47,583 nt of DNA from Clostridiales bacterium (lineage in GTDB: Bacteria > Bacillota > Clostridia > Christensenellales > UBA1242), in assembly GCA_918285425.1 (NCBI GenBank), contig CAKJZE010000021.1:1-47583 (forward strand). The letters are read 5' to 3'. The first letter of the stretch is position 1. Each line of letters starts with the position of its first letter. The position numbers and the translations under genes are program-made. Under the pieces are notes generated by a model. That model was not told the origin of the DNA and searched no databases. It was given only the letters and a program-made list of their open reading frames with translations. Below, in pieces: positions 9,800 through 17,850 of the stretch.

Positions 9800-10675
9800 T
9801 TAACTTTTAAGCAGAAGGTCTAAATTTTTACTTATTTTTGAGCGTACTTTTCTGTCTGGCAAACAGAGTGGCAACTTCATTGTAGCCTTTATCATGTCAA
9901 GTCTTTGCATTATATACTTTATTCCAACTGGGTTTGGAGCAAGTGCCAAAGAGTCAAAAAGTGGCTTGAAGTATTTATAGGTTTCAGCTGCTTGCTTTGG
10001 TGAAGTGGGGAAAGTCTCTATTACGTCATGCACAAGGTCTGGCATAATGTTGCCGATCACTGAAATGCTTGCGGTTGCCCCAAGTGAAAGTAGGGGGAGT
10101 AAGAACTCGTCATTACCACAGATCAATGAAAATGTATCATTTGCAAGAGTGGCAACTTTGCAAATGTGGTTGAAGTCTGTACTGGCTTCTTTAACGCCAA
10201 TTATGTTGATGCGTGATGAAAGTTGTTGCATGGTGGAAAAGTCTATGTTAACCCCAGTGCGTGATGGGTTGTTGTAAATGATGATGGGGATATAACTGTG
10301 CTCTGCAAGCTTTAAGAAGTGTTTTATAATTCCACTTTGAGTTGGCTTGACATAGCTTGGTGCACAGACAAGCAGCGCATCAGCTCCGTCAATAAATCTT
10401 GCGTGGGCTTCGGCGATGGCTGCCTCTGTGCTTGTTTCTGTAAGCCCTGCAATAATTGGTACACGCTTGTTTACCTTTTTTACTACAAGTTGCATAATTT
10501 TGCGTTTCTCATAGCCGTCCAGCAAATGTGCTTCGCCAGTTGCTCCCAAAACAACAAGGCCGTCAGTGCCATTATTAAGCTGAAAATCAACAAGCTCTTC
10601 CAGCTTATTGAAGTCTATATCGCCATTTCTTTTAAATGGTGTAATAAGTGCTGTATAATTTCCAGTTATCTTCAT
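9800..10675 (-). CDS. dapA: 4-hydroxy-tetrahydrodipicolinate synthase (DapA/NAL family)
   Basis: TALITPF, GATGE, IIIYNNPSRTG and IIGVKEAS (Schiff-base Lys) blocks. The ATG at 10675 is preceded by GGGGG at good spacing. Confidence 0.75.
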   Translation of the reverse strand: MKITGNYTALITPFKRNGDIDFNKLEELVDFQLNNGTDGLVVLGATGEAHLLDGYEKRKIMQLVVKKVNKRVPIIAGLTETSTEAAIAEAHARFIDGADALLVCAPSYVKPTQSGIIKHFLKLAEHSYIPIIIYNNPSRTGVNIDFSTMQQLSSRINIIGVKEASTDFNHICKVATLANDTFSLICGNDEFLLPLLSLGATASISVIGNIMPDLVHDVIETFPTSPKQAAETYKYFKPLFDSLALAPNPVGIKYIMQRLDMIKATMKLPLCLPDRKVRSKISKNLDLLLKS

Positions 10676-10766
10676 TTTTGCCCCCAAATGAAAAAATTTA
10701 CATAATTTTCTGCTTTATTTTATGCAAATCTCAAATTTGTGGTTAAAAATAAAAAAAGTTTTGTTA

Positions 10767-10795
10767 TTGTCTTGATTTTTTGTAAATTTTATAAT
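10767..10795 (+). promoter_or_regulatory. candidate sigma-70 promoter for tRNA-Ser
   Basis: TTGTCT, 17 nt, TATAAT, about 58 nt upstream of the tRNA 5' end. Confidence 0.35.
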
Positions 10796-10853
10796 ATACT
10801 ATGAAAGTCTTGAAGCGGTCATCCCCCCTTTTGACCAATTTAAGATAAAGTTT

Positions 10854-10941
10854 GGAGAGATGGCTGAGCGGTCGAAAGCGGCGGTCTTGAAAACCGTTGA
10901 TGTGCAAGCATCCTGGGGTTCGAATCCCTATCTCTCCGCCA
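10854..10941 (+). tRNA. tRNA-Ser (anticodon UGA), CCA encoded
   Basis: Hand-folded. Acceptor GGAGAGA/TCTCTCC; anticodon stem GCGGT/ACCGT with loop CTTGAAA (anticodon TGA); long variable arm GATG...CATC; T arm TGGGG-TTCGAAT-CCCTA; discriminator G followed by CCA. Confidence 0.92.
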
Positions 10942-12460
10942 TTTGCGAATAATCCGAACCCTTGTGGTTTGGGTTATTCTTTTTTTGTTCAATATATTCA
11001 ATTTCTTTGTCAATAGCAGGTTGGTCTTTAATGTCAAGTTGAGTGCCCTTATCACCAGTTGCATTGTAATAAATTGTCATTGTTCCGTCATCAAAAAGCA
11101 CAACACGATTTACAAACAAATCAATCATTCTTTGTTTTGCCAAAGTGTTGTTTTCGTCTATATCTTTGAAAGAACATAAAAAGTCATAAACCAAATTTTC
11201 ATCAAGTGGTTTAATAATTGTTAATTGTCTAATTGAAATCTTTTCTTGTAGTTCTTTATTATTACTTTCAAGTTCTTTCATTCTTGCATTTGTTGTATCG
11301 TTAAAAACACCATTTTCAAGTGCACGCAAAAGATTTACAAGTTTCTTGTTATTCTCTTGCAATTCTTTATTCAAACTTTCAAGGATTTTGTCTTTTTCAA
11401 TGTCTTTGTTATAAACATTACACATAACTTTTGCAATTGAGTGTAAATTTGTATGTTGCAAAAAATATTTAGTCATAGATATTACTTTTGCTTCTATATT
11501 CTCTTGACTAATAGATTTTTTGTCGCAAATAGACTTGTTCTTTTTCTTTGCAAAGCATTTGTAATAATTGTATATCTTGCCAAGTTTACCTTTGCCACTA
11601 TCTCCTGTCATTAAAGCGCCACATTTGCCACAAATAAGTTTTCCACTTAAAATATAATTAACATCTGTTTTGTGGTGTGCAGAAGTGCGTTTTGAGGCCT
11701 TTAATTTTTCATTAACTTCGTCAAATATTTCGCTATCAATGATTTGTGGGAAAATGTTTGTATAGCAAGTGTCATCAGCAAACACACAACCTTTGTAATT
11801 TGGATTTCTCAAAACTCTTGAAACCGAGTTGATAGTCCATGCCTTGCCATAACTGTTTTTCATGCCTTTGTCTTGCAAAAGTTTGACAATATCTTTAATG
11901 AGCTTGCCACTCAAATATTCATTAAACATAAGGCGAACAATATTTGCTTGTTCTTCATTTATGGAAACTTTTAAATCTTTAACAACATAACCATAAGGAG
12001 TTGGACCACCAGTAAATTGTCCTTTAATTCTGCTTTCTTTAAGCCCACGCTTAACCTTTTGTGATAGTTCGGCAGAATAATACTCTGCAATACTTTCAAG
12101 CATACCTTCCAAAATAATGCCTTCTGGATTATCTGATATTTGTTCGGTTGCAGAAAGAAGTTTAACACCATTTTGCTTTAATATTGCTTTGTTCATAGCA
12201 CTGTCATATCTTGACCTTGCAAATCTATCAAACTTGTAAACCAAAACAAAATCAAAGCCCTTTTTCTTGCTGTCATATAGCATTTGTTGAAGTGCAGGAC
12301 GATTATCATTTGTTCCTGTCATAGCCCTGTCAATATATTCCTTAACAATAACCAAATCATTTCTTTCGGCATATTCTTTACAAACTCTAACTTGACCTTC
12401 AATACTTTGTTCAGTTTGATTGTCGCTTGAATATCTTGCATAAATAACAGCTTTTTTCAT
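10928..12460 (-). CDS. large serine recombinase (integrase type)
   Basis: 510 aa. N-terminal resolvase catalytic domain (AVIYARYSSDNQTEQSIEGQ), a recombinase domain, a Cys-rich zinc ribbon (CGKCGALMTG...YYKC) and a coiled-coil C-terminus. Confidence 0.9.
   Translation of the reverse strand: MKKAVIYARYSSDNQTEQSIEGQVRVCKEYAERNDLVIVKEYIDRAMTGTNDNRPALQQMLYDSKKKGFDFVLVYKFDRFARSRYDSAMNKAILKQNGVKLLSATEQISDNPEGIILEGMLESIAEYYSAELSQKVKRGLKESRIKGQFTGGPTPYGYVVKDLKVSINEEQANIVRLMFNEYLSGKLIKDIVKLLQDKGMKNSYGKAWTINSVSRVLRNPNYKGCVFADDTCYTNIFPQIIDSEIFDEVNEKLKASKRTSAHHKTDVNYILSGKLICGKCGALMTGDSGKGKLGKIYNYYKCFAKKKNKSICDKKSISQENIEAKVISMTKYFLQHTNLHSIAKVMCNVYNKDIEKDKILESLNKELQENNKKLVNLLRALENGVFNDTTNARMKELESNNKELQEKISIRQLTIIKPLDENLVYDFLCSFKDIDENNTLAKQRMIDLFVNRVVLFDDGTMTIYYNATGDKGTQLDIKDQPAIDKEIEYIEQKKNNPNHKGSDYSQMAER
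10947..10987 (+). terminator. Strong Rho-independent terminator immediately after tRNA-Ser
   Basis: A 14-bp stem, gaataatccgaacc (10947-10960) with ggtttgggttattc (10966-10979), loop cttgt, then TTTTTTT. It lies inside the 3' end of the recombinase ORF on the other strand. Confidence 0.75.
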
Positions 12461-12462
12461 TT

Positions 12463-13959
12463 CTATTCTCCTTTATTTCGCTTAATTTTTATCAATTGAG
12501 TATATAATTCAGGGTTTCTATGAACTATAATTGCCAAATTAATCCTAGCCCTTGTAATTCCTTGATAAAATAATTTACTGAAAATATAATCTGGATTAGG
12601 GTGTTCTGGTGAATGCAAACGACCATCAATATATTTGAAATTTTGTCCCATAATCATTACAACGTTATCAAACTCTTGTCCAATAACTACATGTGTATTA
12701 TTCTTACTTACAAATTCATCAATTTCATGTCTTTTAAATAATGATGGTGTAAAACTAATATACTGATAATTAATTGTTTCTAAATATTTTACTAATTCGG
12801 AAGCTTCGTTTTTTGTAGATACATAGTAAATTTTAATATGTTCATAGTTTGCGTCTCTTTTTACTTCTGCTAAATTAACTACATTTTTAATAAATGAAGC
12901 TAAATTATAGTTAGTTCTAATTTTATTTGATAAATGGAATTGTTTCAGCTGAGATAACTTATTTATTTTACCATCTATGTCATTTCTGTTTTCCGATTTT
13001 TGAATTAACTGGTCTGTTCCAATTGAAAATATTGCTTTAACATTGTGCTCTTTTACAAAATCTATTAACATTTGAAATTCAGATATATATAATCTTTGAC
13101 TTTCGTCAATTATAAATAAATCATAATTATTTAATTTGCAATAATTAAATTCTTTTGCTGATATTATATCACAATTTTTCATTTTTTTATTTAATTCAAA
13201 ATGGCCAGAGTTTAGTATCCCTGAATGAACAACACAAATCTTAAAATCTTTAGATAATTTTTTTGCAATATCATAAACCAACAATGTTTTTCCAGTTCCA
13301 GCATCTCCCAATATTTTAAAATATGTAAATTGTTTTCTATTATAGATATCATTAATTATATCATTTTTTATTTGTTGTTGTTGATTAGTTAAAAAATATT
13401 CATTATTTAAAAATTTATCAACATTGTTAAAAGGAGATACTAAATAACAAGCTGGTTTGATAATTTTATCTAAATCATTTTCAAAATAGTTATTGGTCAA
13501 ATTTATTATAGATATAAATTCATTTAAATTGGTTTTTTCAAGTTTTAATTGTTCATTTAATTTATAAAATTCATTATCTTTTGCTACAAAAGTAAAAGAA
13601 TACACCTTGCCTCTAACATTTTTCAAATAATAACTATTTTGGATTAATTGTTTTTCAATCTTCTCTGTTGATGTAAATTCTGATTTTATTTCTATATTTA
13701 AAACATAATCATTCAGTATTTTTATCAAGTCAAATTCTTTAGATATTTGGTCAATGGTATAAGAATAATAGAACCCACTCATATATGCAATATTACATTT
13801 AGAATGCATTAAATCAACCAGTTGATATAAATTTTCTCTTTCATATTCTTTAACTTTTATTTGTCTTTTTGAATTTGTTATACAATTTAAATAATCGTTA
13901 AATTCATCATTGCTTAGTGGTTTTGTTTTAGATAATAAAAACAAATTAATTGGAAACAT
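12463..13959 (-). CDS. PD-(D/E)xK nuclease-like N-domain fused to a P-loop/SF1-helicase-like ATPase (DUF2075-like)
   Basis: EFDLIKI...LNIEIKS (D...ExK); Walker A GDAGTGKT; Walker B LFIIDESQRL; C-terminal YQGITRARINLAII. Its TAG stop lies 2 nt before the recombinase ATG, and the recombinase RBS (AAGGAGAA) sits in its last codons. Confidence 0.7.
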   Translation of the reverse strand: MFPINLFLLSKTKPLSNDEFNDYLNCITNSKRQIKVKEYERENLYQLVDLMHSKCNIAYMSGFYYSYTIDQISKEFDLIKILNDYVLNIEIKSEFTSTEKIEKQLIQNSYYLKNVRGKVYSFTFVAKDNEFYKLNEQLKLEKTNLNEFISIINLTNNYFENDLDKIIKPACYLVSPFNNVDKFLNNEYFLTNQQQQIKNDIINDIYNRKQFTYFKILGDAGTGKTLLVYDIAKKLSKDFKICVVHSGILNSGHFELNKKMKNCDIISAKEFNYCKLNNYDLFIIDESQRLYISEFQMLIDFVKEHNVKAIFSIGTDQLIQKSENRNDIDGKINKLSQLKQFHLSNKIRTNYNLASFIKNVVNLAEVKRDANYEHIKIYYVSTKNEASELVKYLETINYQYISFTPSLFKRHEIDEFVSKNNTHVVIGQEFDNVVMIMGQNFKYIDGRLHSPEHPNPDYIFSKLFYQGITRARINLAIIVHRNPELYTQLIKIKRNKGE

Positions 13960-13979
13960 TTATTCTCCTTATAATATCA

Positions 13980-14124
13980 AAGTGGGTATCCCACTTGTGT
14001 AAGCAAATGGGAGTGGTAAAAAATGCAAAAAGAATTGTTGTTCAAAGTGAGTCACCGGAAACGCTTGTTTTTAGGGGCTTTTTCACTTTGAAAATAGCAT
14101 TTTGAACCTACTCTTATCCTGCTT
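13980..14124 (+). repeat. Left copy of the ~145-nt inverted repeat bracketing the R-M operon
   Basis: Matches the reverse complement of 18901-19046 at roughly 85 percent identity by eye. The outer end is the 17-nt palindrome aagtgggtatcccactt. Confidence 0.9.
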
Positions 14125-14164
14125 GGTAAAATTACACTCATATTATAACGCCAATTTAAGAAAA

Positions 14165-14204
14165 TTGCAACAATTTATTCGCAAATACAAATATTTTGTT
14201 GCAA
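14165..14204. promoter_or_regulatory. Perfect 9-bp inverted repeat (candidate operator for the HTH controller)
   Basis: TTGCAACAA (14165-14173) and TTGTTGCAA (14196-14204) separated by 22 nt. The right arm overlaps the predicted -35. Confidence 0.45.
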
Positions 14205-14227
14205 AATTAAAAATAAAGTAGTATACT
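14199..14227 (+). promoter_or_regulatory. candidate promoter of the R-M operon
   Basis: TTGCAA, 17 nt, TATACT, about 30 nt upstream of the HTH gene. Confidence 0.45.
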
Positions 14228-14256
14228 TATCATAGATTATTTAAAGAGGTCTAAAA

Positions 14257-14457
14257 ATGAGTATTTCGTATAACAAACTTTGGAAACTTTTGATTGATAA
14301 AAATATGACAAAAACAGATTTGAGATTGCAAGCTGATATCGCAACTTCCACTCTTGCTAAACTTAGTAAAAACGAACAAGTAAGCATGGAAGTTTTGCTT
14401 AAAATTTGTAAAACACTAGATTGCGATTTTGATGATATAATTGAGAGGGTTGATTAA
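14257..14457 (+). CDS. small HTH (XRE/Cro-like) protein, likely controller (C) protein of the R-M operon
   Basis: 66 aa (MTKTDLRLQADIATSTLAKLSKNEQVSMEVLLKICKTLDCDFDDII). First gene of the operon; its stop lies 1 nt before the methylase ATG. Confidence 0.75.
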   Translation: MSISYNKLWKLLIDKNMTKTDLRLQADIATSTLAKLSKNEQVSMEVLLKICKTLDCDFDDIIERVD

Positions 14458-14458
14458 T

Positions 14459-15370
14459 ATGTGTAAAGGAATTGCAAAACCATTTTTAAAATGGGCTGGC
14501 GGTAAAGGTCAACTGCTTAACAAGTTTGAAGAGATGTATCCACAGGAACTTATAAATGGCGAAATTGACACATACATTGAACCTTTTGTTGGTGGTGGTG
14601 CAGTTTTATTTGATGTCCTTCAAAAATATAAAATTAAAAAAGTGGTTATTGTTGACTTAAACAAAGAACTTGTAAATTGTTATCGTTGTATTAAAGCCGA
14701 TGTAAATGAACTTATAAAACATCTTAAAACTTTGCAAGATGAATTTTTATCACTGAGTGATGAAAAGAGGAAAGATTATTTCTTAAAAGTTAGAAATAGA
14801 TATAATGAAATTCATCTTAATGGGAAATATGATTTTGAAAAAGCCGCAGATTTCATTTTTTTAAATAAAACTTGTTTTAATGGTCTTTATAGAGTAAATA
14901 GCAAAGGTGAATTTAATGTCCCATTCGGTAAATATAAAAATCCATTGATTTGTGATAGCGAGAATTTAACTCTAATAAGCAAACTTTTACAAAATGTAGA
15001 AATAAGATTTGGAGATTATTCTATTTGTGAAGAATATGTAAATGGAAAAACTTTTATATACTTTGACCCACCTTATCGCCCACTTATAGAAAATTCATCA
15101 TTTGTTGGTTATGATAAATCTGGTTTTAATGATGACAATCAAAAAGAACTGGCTGAATTTGTAAAAAAACTTGATAAGCAAAATTGTTTAGTAATGCTTA
15201 GCAATTCAGATCCTAAAAACACTAATCCTGATGATAATTTCTTTGATGAACTTTACAAAGGATTTCAGATTGATAGAATCTTTGCAAAAAGAATGATAAA
15301 TTGCCAAGCAGATAAACGAGGAGATATAACTGAAATTGTTGTAAGAAATTACAAAAGGAGAAAATTTTAA
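14459..15370 (+). CDS. Dam/DpnM-type N6-adenine DNA methyltransferase (GATC class)
   Basis: PFLKWAGGKGQLL N-terminus, motif I EPFVGGGAV, motif IV FDPPY. The ATG at 14459 is preceded by GAGAGG. Confidence 0.88.
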   Translation: MCKGIAKPFLKWAGGKGQLLNKFEEMYPQELINGEIDTYIEPFVGGGAVLFDVLQKYKIKKVVIVDLNKELVNCYRCIKADVNELIKHLKTLQDEFLSLSDEKRKDYFLKVRNRYNEIHLNGKYDFEKAADFIFLNKTCFNGLYRVNSKGEFNVPFGKYKNPLICDSENLTLISKLLQNVEIRFGDYSICEEYVNGKTFIYFDPPYRPLIENSSFVGYDKSGFNDDNQKELAEFVKKLDKQNCLVMLSNSDPKNTNPDDNFFDELYKGFQIDRIFAKRMINCQADKRGDITEIVVRNYKRRKF

Positions 15371-16249
15371 ATGAGAAGTAAAACAATCAATGTTTTCTTA
15401 ATGGACGGAGACCCTACTTGCAAAATAAAATGCACATTGCAAAATTGGACTGGAATAGCTTATAAAATTCCAAGAACAATGCTAGAAGATTGCAAAGAGG
15501 GAGAAAAAGATATAGTTAAACATTTAAAACAGACAGGAATTTATTTTCTATTAGGAGAAGATTCCAATACAGGAAATAAAGCAATTTATGTTGGACAAGC
15601 TGTTTCTAGGAAAAATGGCGAAGGATTACTTTGTAGATTATTAGAACATAAAAGGAATATGAAGGAAAAATATTGGAATGACTGGAATGAAGTTATAGTT
15701 TTTACAACTCAAAATGATTCATTTGGTCCAACAGAAATTAGTTACCTTGAAAATAAATTTACTAATCTTGCTAGAAGTGCTGGAAGATATGAAGTAAAGA
15801 ATGGTAATGAGCCTAACCCAGGTAATATCACAGAAGAAAAAGAAAGTGAACTTTTAGAATATGTGGATTATGCTCGAATTATTATAGGAATGCTTGGACA
15901 TAAAGTTTTTGAACAATTAGTAAAATCAAATCCTCTTACGAATAAAGTTGATAGCCCTATCTTCTATTTTAAAGGCAAAATAAAAGCAACTGGCATTTTT
16001 ACCAATGAAGGTTTTGTCGTATTAAAAGGTTCTTCAATAAGTCCCAAGTTAAATCCAAGTGCACATAAATTCACAATTAAAGCAAGAGAAATGAACAAAA
16101 ACAAAATAGATGAAAATTATATTTTATTAGAAGATGTTTTGTTTACAAGCCCATCAGCAGCAGCCGGATTTGTAGGCGGTTCAAGTTTAAGTGGAAATGC
16201 AATGTGGGTAACAAGTTATGGCAAATCACCAAAAGATGTCGAATTATAA
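15371..16249 (+). CDS. GIY-YIG nuclease domain protein with a C-terminal DUF4357-like domain
   Basis: GIYFLLG...IYVGQA...RLLEH...ISYLE (GIY-YIG). C-terminal FVVLKGS...SPSAAAGFVGGSSLSGNAMW is recalled as the DUF4357 signature. Its ATG directly abuts the methylase stop. Confidence 0.7.
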   Translation: MRSKTINVFLMDGDPTCKIKCTLQNWTGIAYKIPRTMLEDCKEGEKDIVKHLKQTGIYFLLGEDSNTGNKAIYVGQAVSRKNGEGLLCRLLEHKRNMKEKYWNDWNEVIVFTTQNDSFGPTEISYLENKFTNLARSAGRYEVKNGNEPNPGNITEEKESELLEYVDYARIIIGMLGHKVFEQLVKSNPLTNKVDSPIFYFKGKIKATGIFTNEGFVVLKGSSISPKLNPSAHKFTIKAREMNKNKIDENYILLEDVLFTSPSAAAGFVGGSSLSGNAMWVTSYGKSPKDVEL

Positions 16250-16265
16250 AACATAGGAGAACATT

Positions 16266-17123
16266 ATGAAAAGAAATTTTAAAGAATGGTTAAATGATTT
16301 CACAGATAGTATTGCAACTTATGAATACTACACCGAATTTAATATAGTTTATAAAAACATTGATAAACTTAAAGTTGAACTTAACATTATGAATTCTCTT
16401 ATTGGTTCAAAGAATATTGAACAGGATTTTGATAATCTTTTCAAAAAATATCCAGAGATAAGGAAATGTTTGCCACTTCTTATTGCTGTTAGAGAAAATG
16501 AAATTAAAGTTATTGATGAAGGCGAAAAACTTAAATACAACTTCAAAACAATAGATGATATTGATTTACTAAAAAGGTTTATGAGAAAAACTGGGCTTTT
16601 TGACTTAATATCAAATCATTTAGTAAACAATCTTGTCGATTACACTACTGGAGTTGAAGTTGGACTTGGCTCAAATGGAAGAAAAAATCGTGGTGGACAT
16701 CTAATGGAAGATGTATTGCAAGGATATATTGAAAAAGCTGGATTTGTAAAAAATCAAACATATTTCAAAGAAATGTATTTGAGTGATATTGAGAAAAAAT
16801 GGAATATTGATTTATCAAAACTTTCTAATCTTGGCAAGGTAGCAAAAAGATTTGATTATGTTGTAAAAACAAAAAATTGTATTTATGCCTTTGAAACAAA
16901 CTTCTATTCAAGCAATGGCTCAAAATTAAATGAAACTGCAAGAAGCTATAAAATGCTTGCTGAAGAAAGTAAATATATTAAAGGATTTGCTTTTGTTTGG
17001 GTTACTGATGGTTTAGGTTGGCAAGGCGCTAAAAATAATCTTGAAGAAACATTTGATGTTTTAGATAACATCTTCAATCTAAAAGAATTGGAACAAGGTA
17101 AATTAAAGGAAATATTAAAATAA
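16266..17123 (+). CDS. DpnII/MboI-family type II restriction endonuclease (GATC)
   Basis: Long blocks match my recollection of R.DpnII: LNIMNSLIGSKNI, LVDYTTGVEVGLGSNGRKNRGG, GSKLNETARSYKM, WVTDGLGWQGAKNNLEETFD. Confidence 0.85.
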   Translation: MKRNFKEWLNDFTDSIATYEYYTEFNIVYKNIDKLKVELNIMNSLIGSKNIEQDFDNLFKKYPEIRKCLPLLIAVRENEIKVIDEGEKLKYNFKTIDDIDLLKRFMRKTGLFDLISNHLVNNLVDYTTGVEVGLGSNGRKNRGGHLMEDVLQGYIEKAGFVKNQTYFKEMYLSDIEKKWNIDLSKLSNLGKVAKRFDYVVKTKNCIYAFETNFYSSNGSKLNETARSYKMLAEESKYIKGFAFVWVTDGLGWQGAKNNLEETFDVLDNIFNLKELEQGKLKEILK

Positions 17124-17842
17124 TGCAAGAAGAATTTGAACTTGAAACTAACACCGTTTGGAGTTTTCCTAATCGTGGCAAATGGGCAACACATGATGCA
17201 AAATATCGTGGGAATTTTTCGCCCTATGTAGCAAAAAATATAATTTTGAGGTATTCACAACCAAACGATTATGTGTTAGATCAATTTGTTGGTGGTGGCA
17301 CCACTCTTGTCGAATGTAAGTTAAACAATAGAAATGCTATTGGAATTGATATAAACCCTAAAGCTGTTGAATTAACAAAAGAAAAACTTAATTTTGATTG
17401 CAATTTTTCAAACAATATAGAAGTTCAACTTGGCGATGCTTGTAACTTAAAAAATATTGATGACAATAGTATTGATTTAATTTGCACTCATCCACCTTAT
17501 GCAGACATTATCAAATATAGTGATGATATTGATGGCGATTTATCTCACTTAAAATACAAAGAGTTCTTGACTGCAATTGAAAAAGTTGCTAGTGAATGTT
17601 ATAGAGTGCTTAAAAAAGACAAATTTTGTGCTATTGTTATGGGAGATACTAGAAAAAAAGGCATGGTGCAACCACTTGGTTTTGAAGTTATGCAAAGATT
17701 TGTAAATGCCGGCTTTAAACAAAAAGAAATAATTATAAAAGAACAACACAATTGTAAAGCAACAGGTTTTTGGAAAACAAATAGTCAAAAATTTAATTTT
17801 TTACTTTTAGCACATGAATATATTTTTATATTTAAAAAATAA
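17123..17842 (+). CDS. second DNA methyltransferase (motif order X-I-IV, gamma-like)
   Basis: WSFP...THDAKYRGNFSPYVAKNIILRYSQPNDYVLDQFVGGGTT (motifs X and I), then CTHPPYADI (motif IV with His in the usual D/N/S position). Its start overlaps the endonuclease stop by 1 nt. Confidence 0.75.
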   Translation: MQEEFELETNTVWSFPNRGKWATHDAKYRGNFSPYVAKNIILRYSQPNDYVLDQFVGGGTTLVECKLNNRNAIGIDINPKAVELTKEKLNFDCNFSNNIEVQLGDACNLKNIDDNSIDLICTHPPYADIIKYSDDIDGDLSHLKYKEFLTAIEKVASECYRVLKKDKFCAIVMGDTRKKGMVQPLGFEVMQRFVNAGFKQKEIIIKEQHNCKATGFWKTNSQKFNFLLLAHEYIFIFKK

Positions 17843-17850
17843 GGAGAATT

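Noticed and set aside
10688-10853. A lysine riboswitch upstream of dapA
   Set aside because: The intergenic space is short, it is largely taken up by the tRNA promoter region, and it shows no L-box-like conserved helices.
10840-11064. 74-aa minus-strand ORF across the tRNA
   Set aside because: It is antisense to tRNA-Ser and out of frame with the well-supported recombinase gene, so it is an artefact of the ORF scan.
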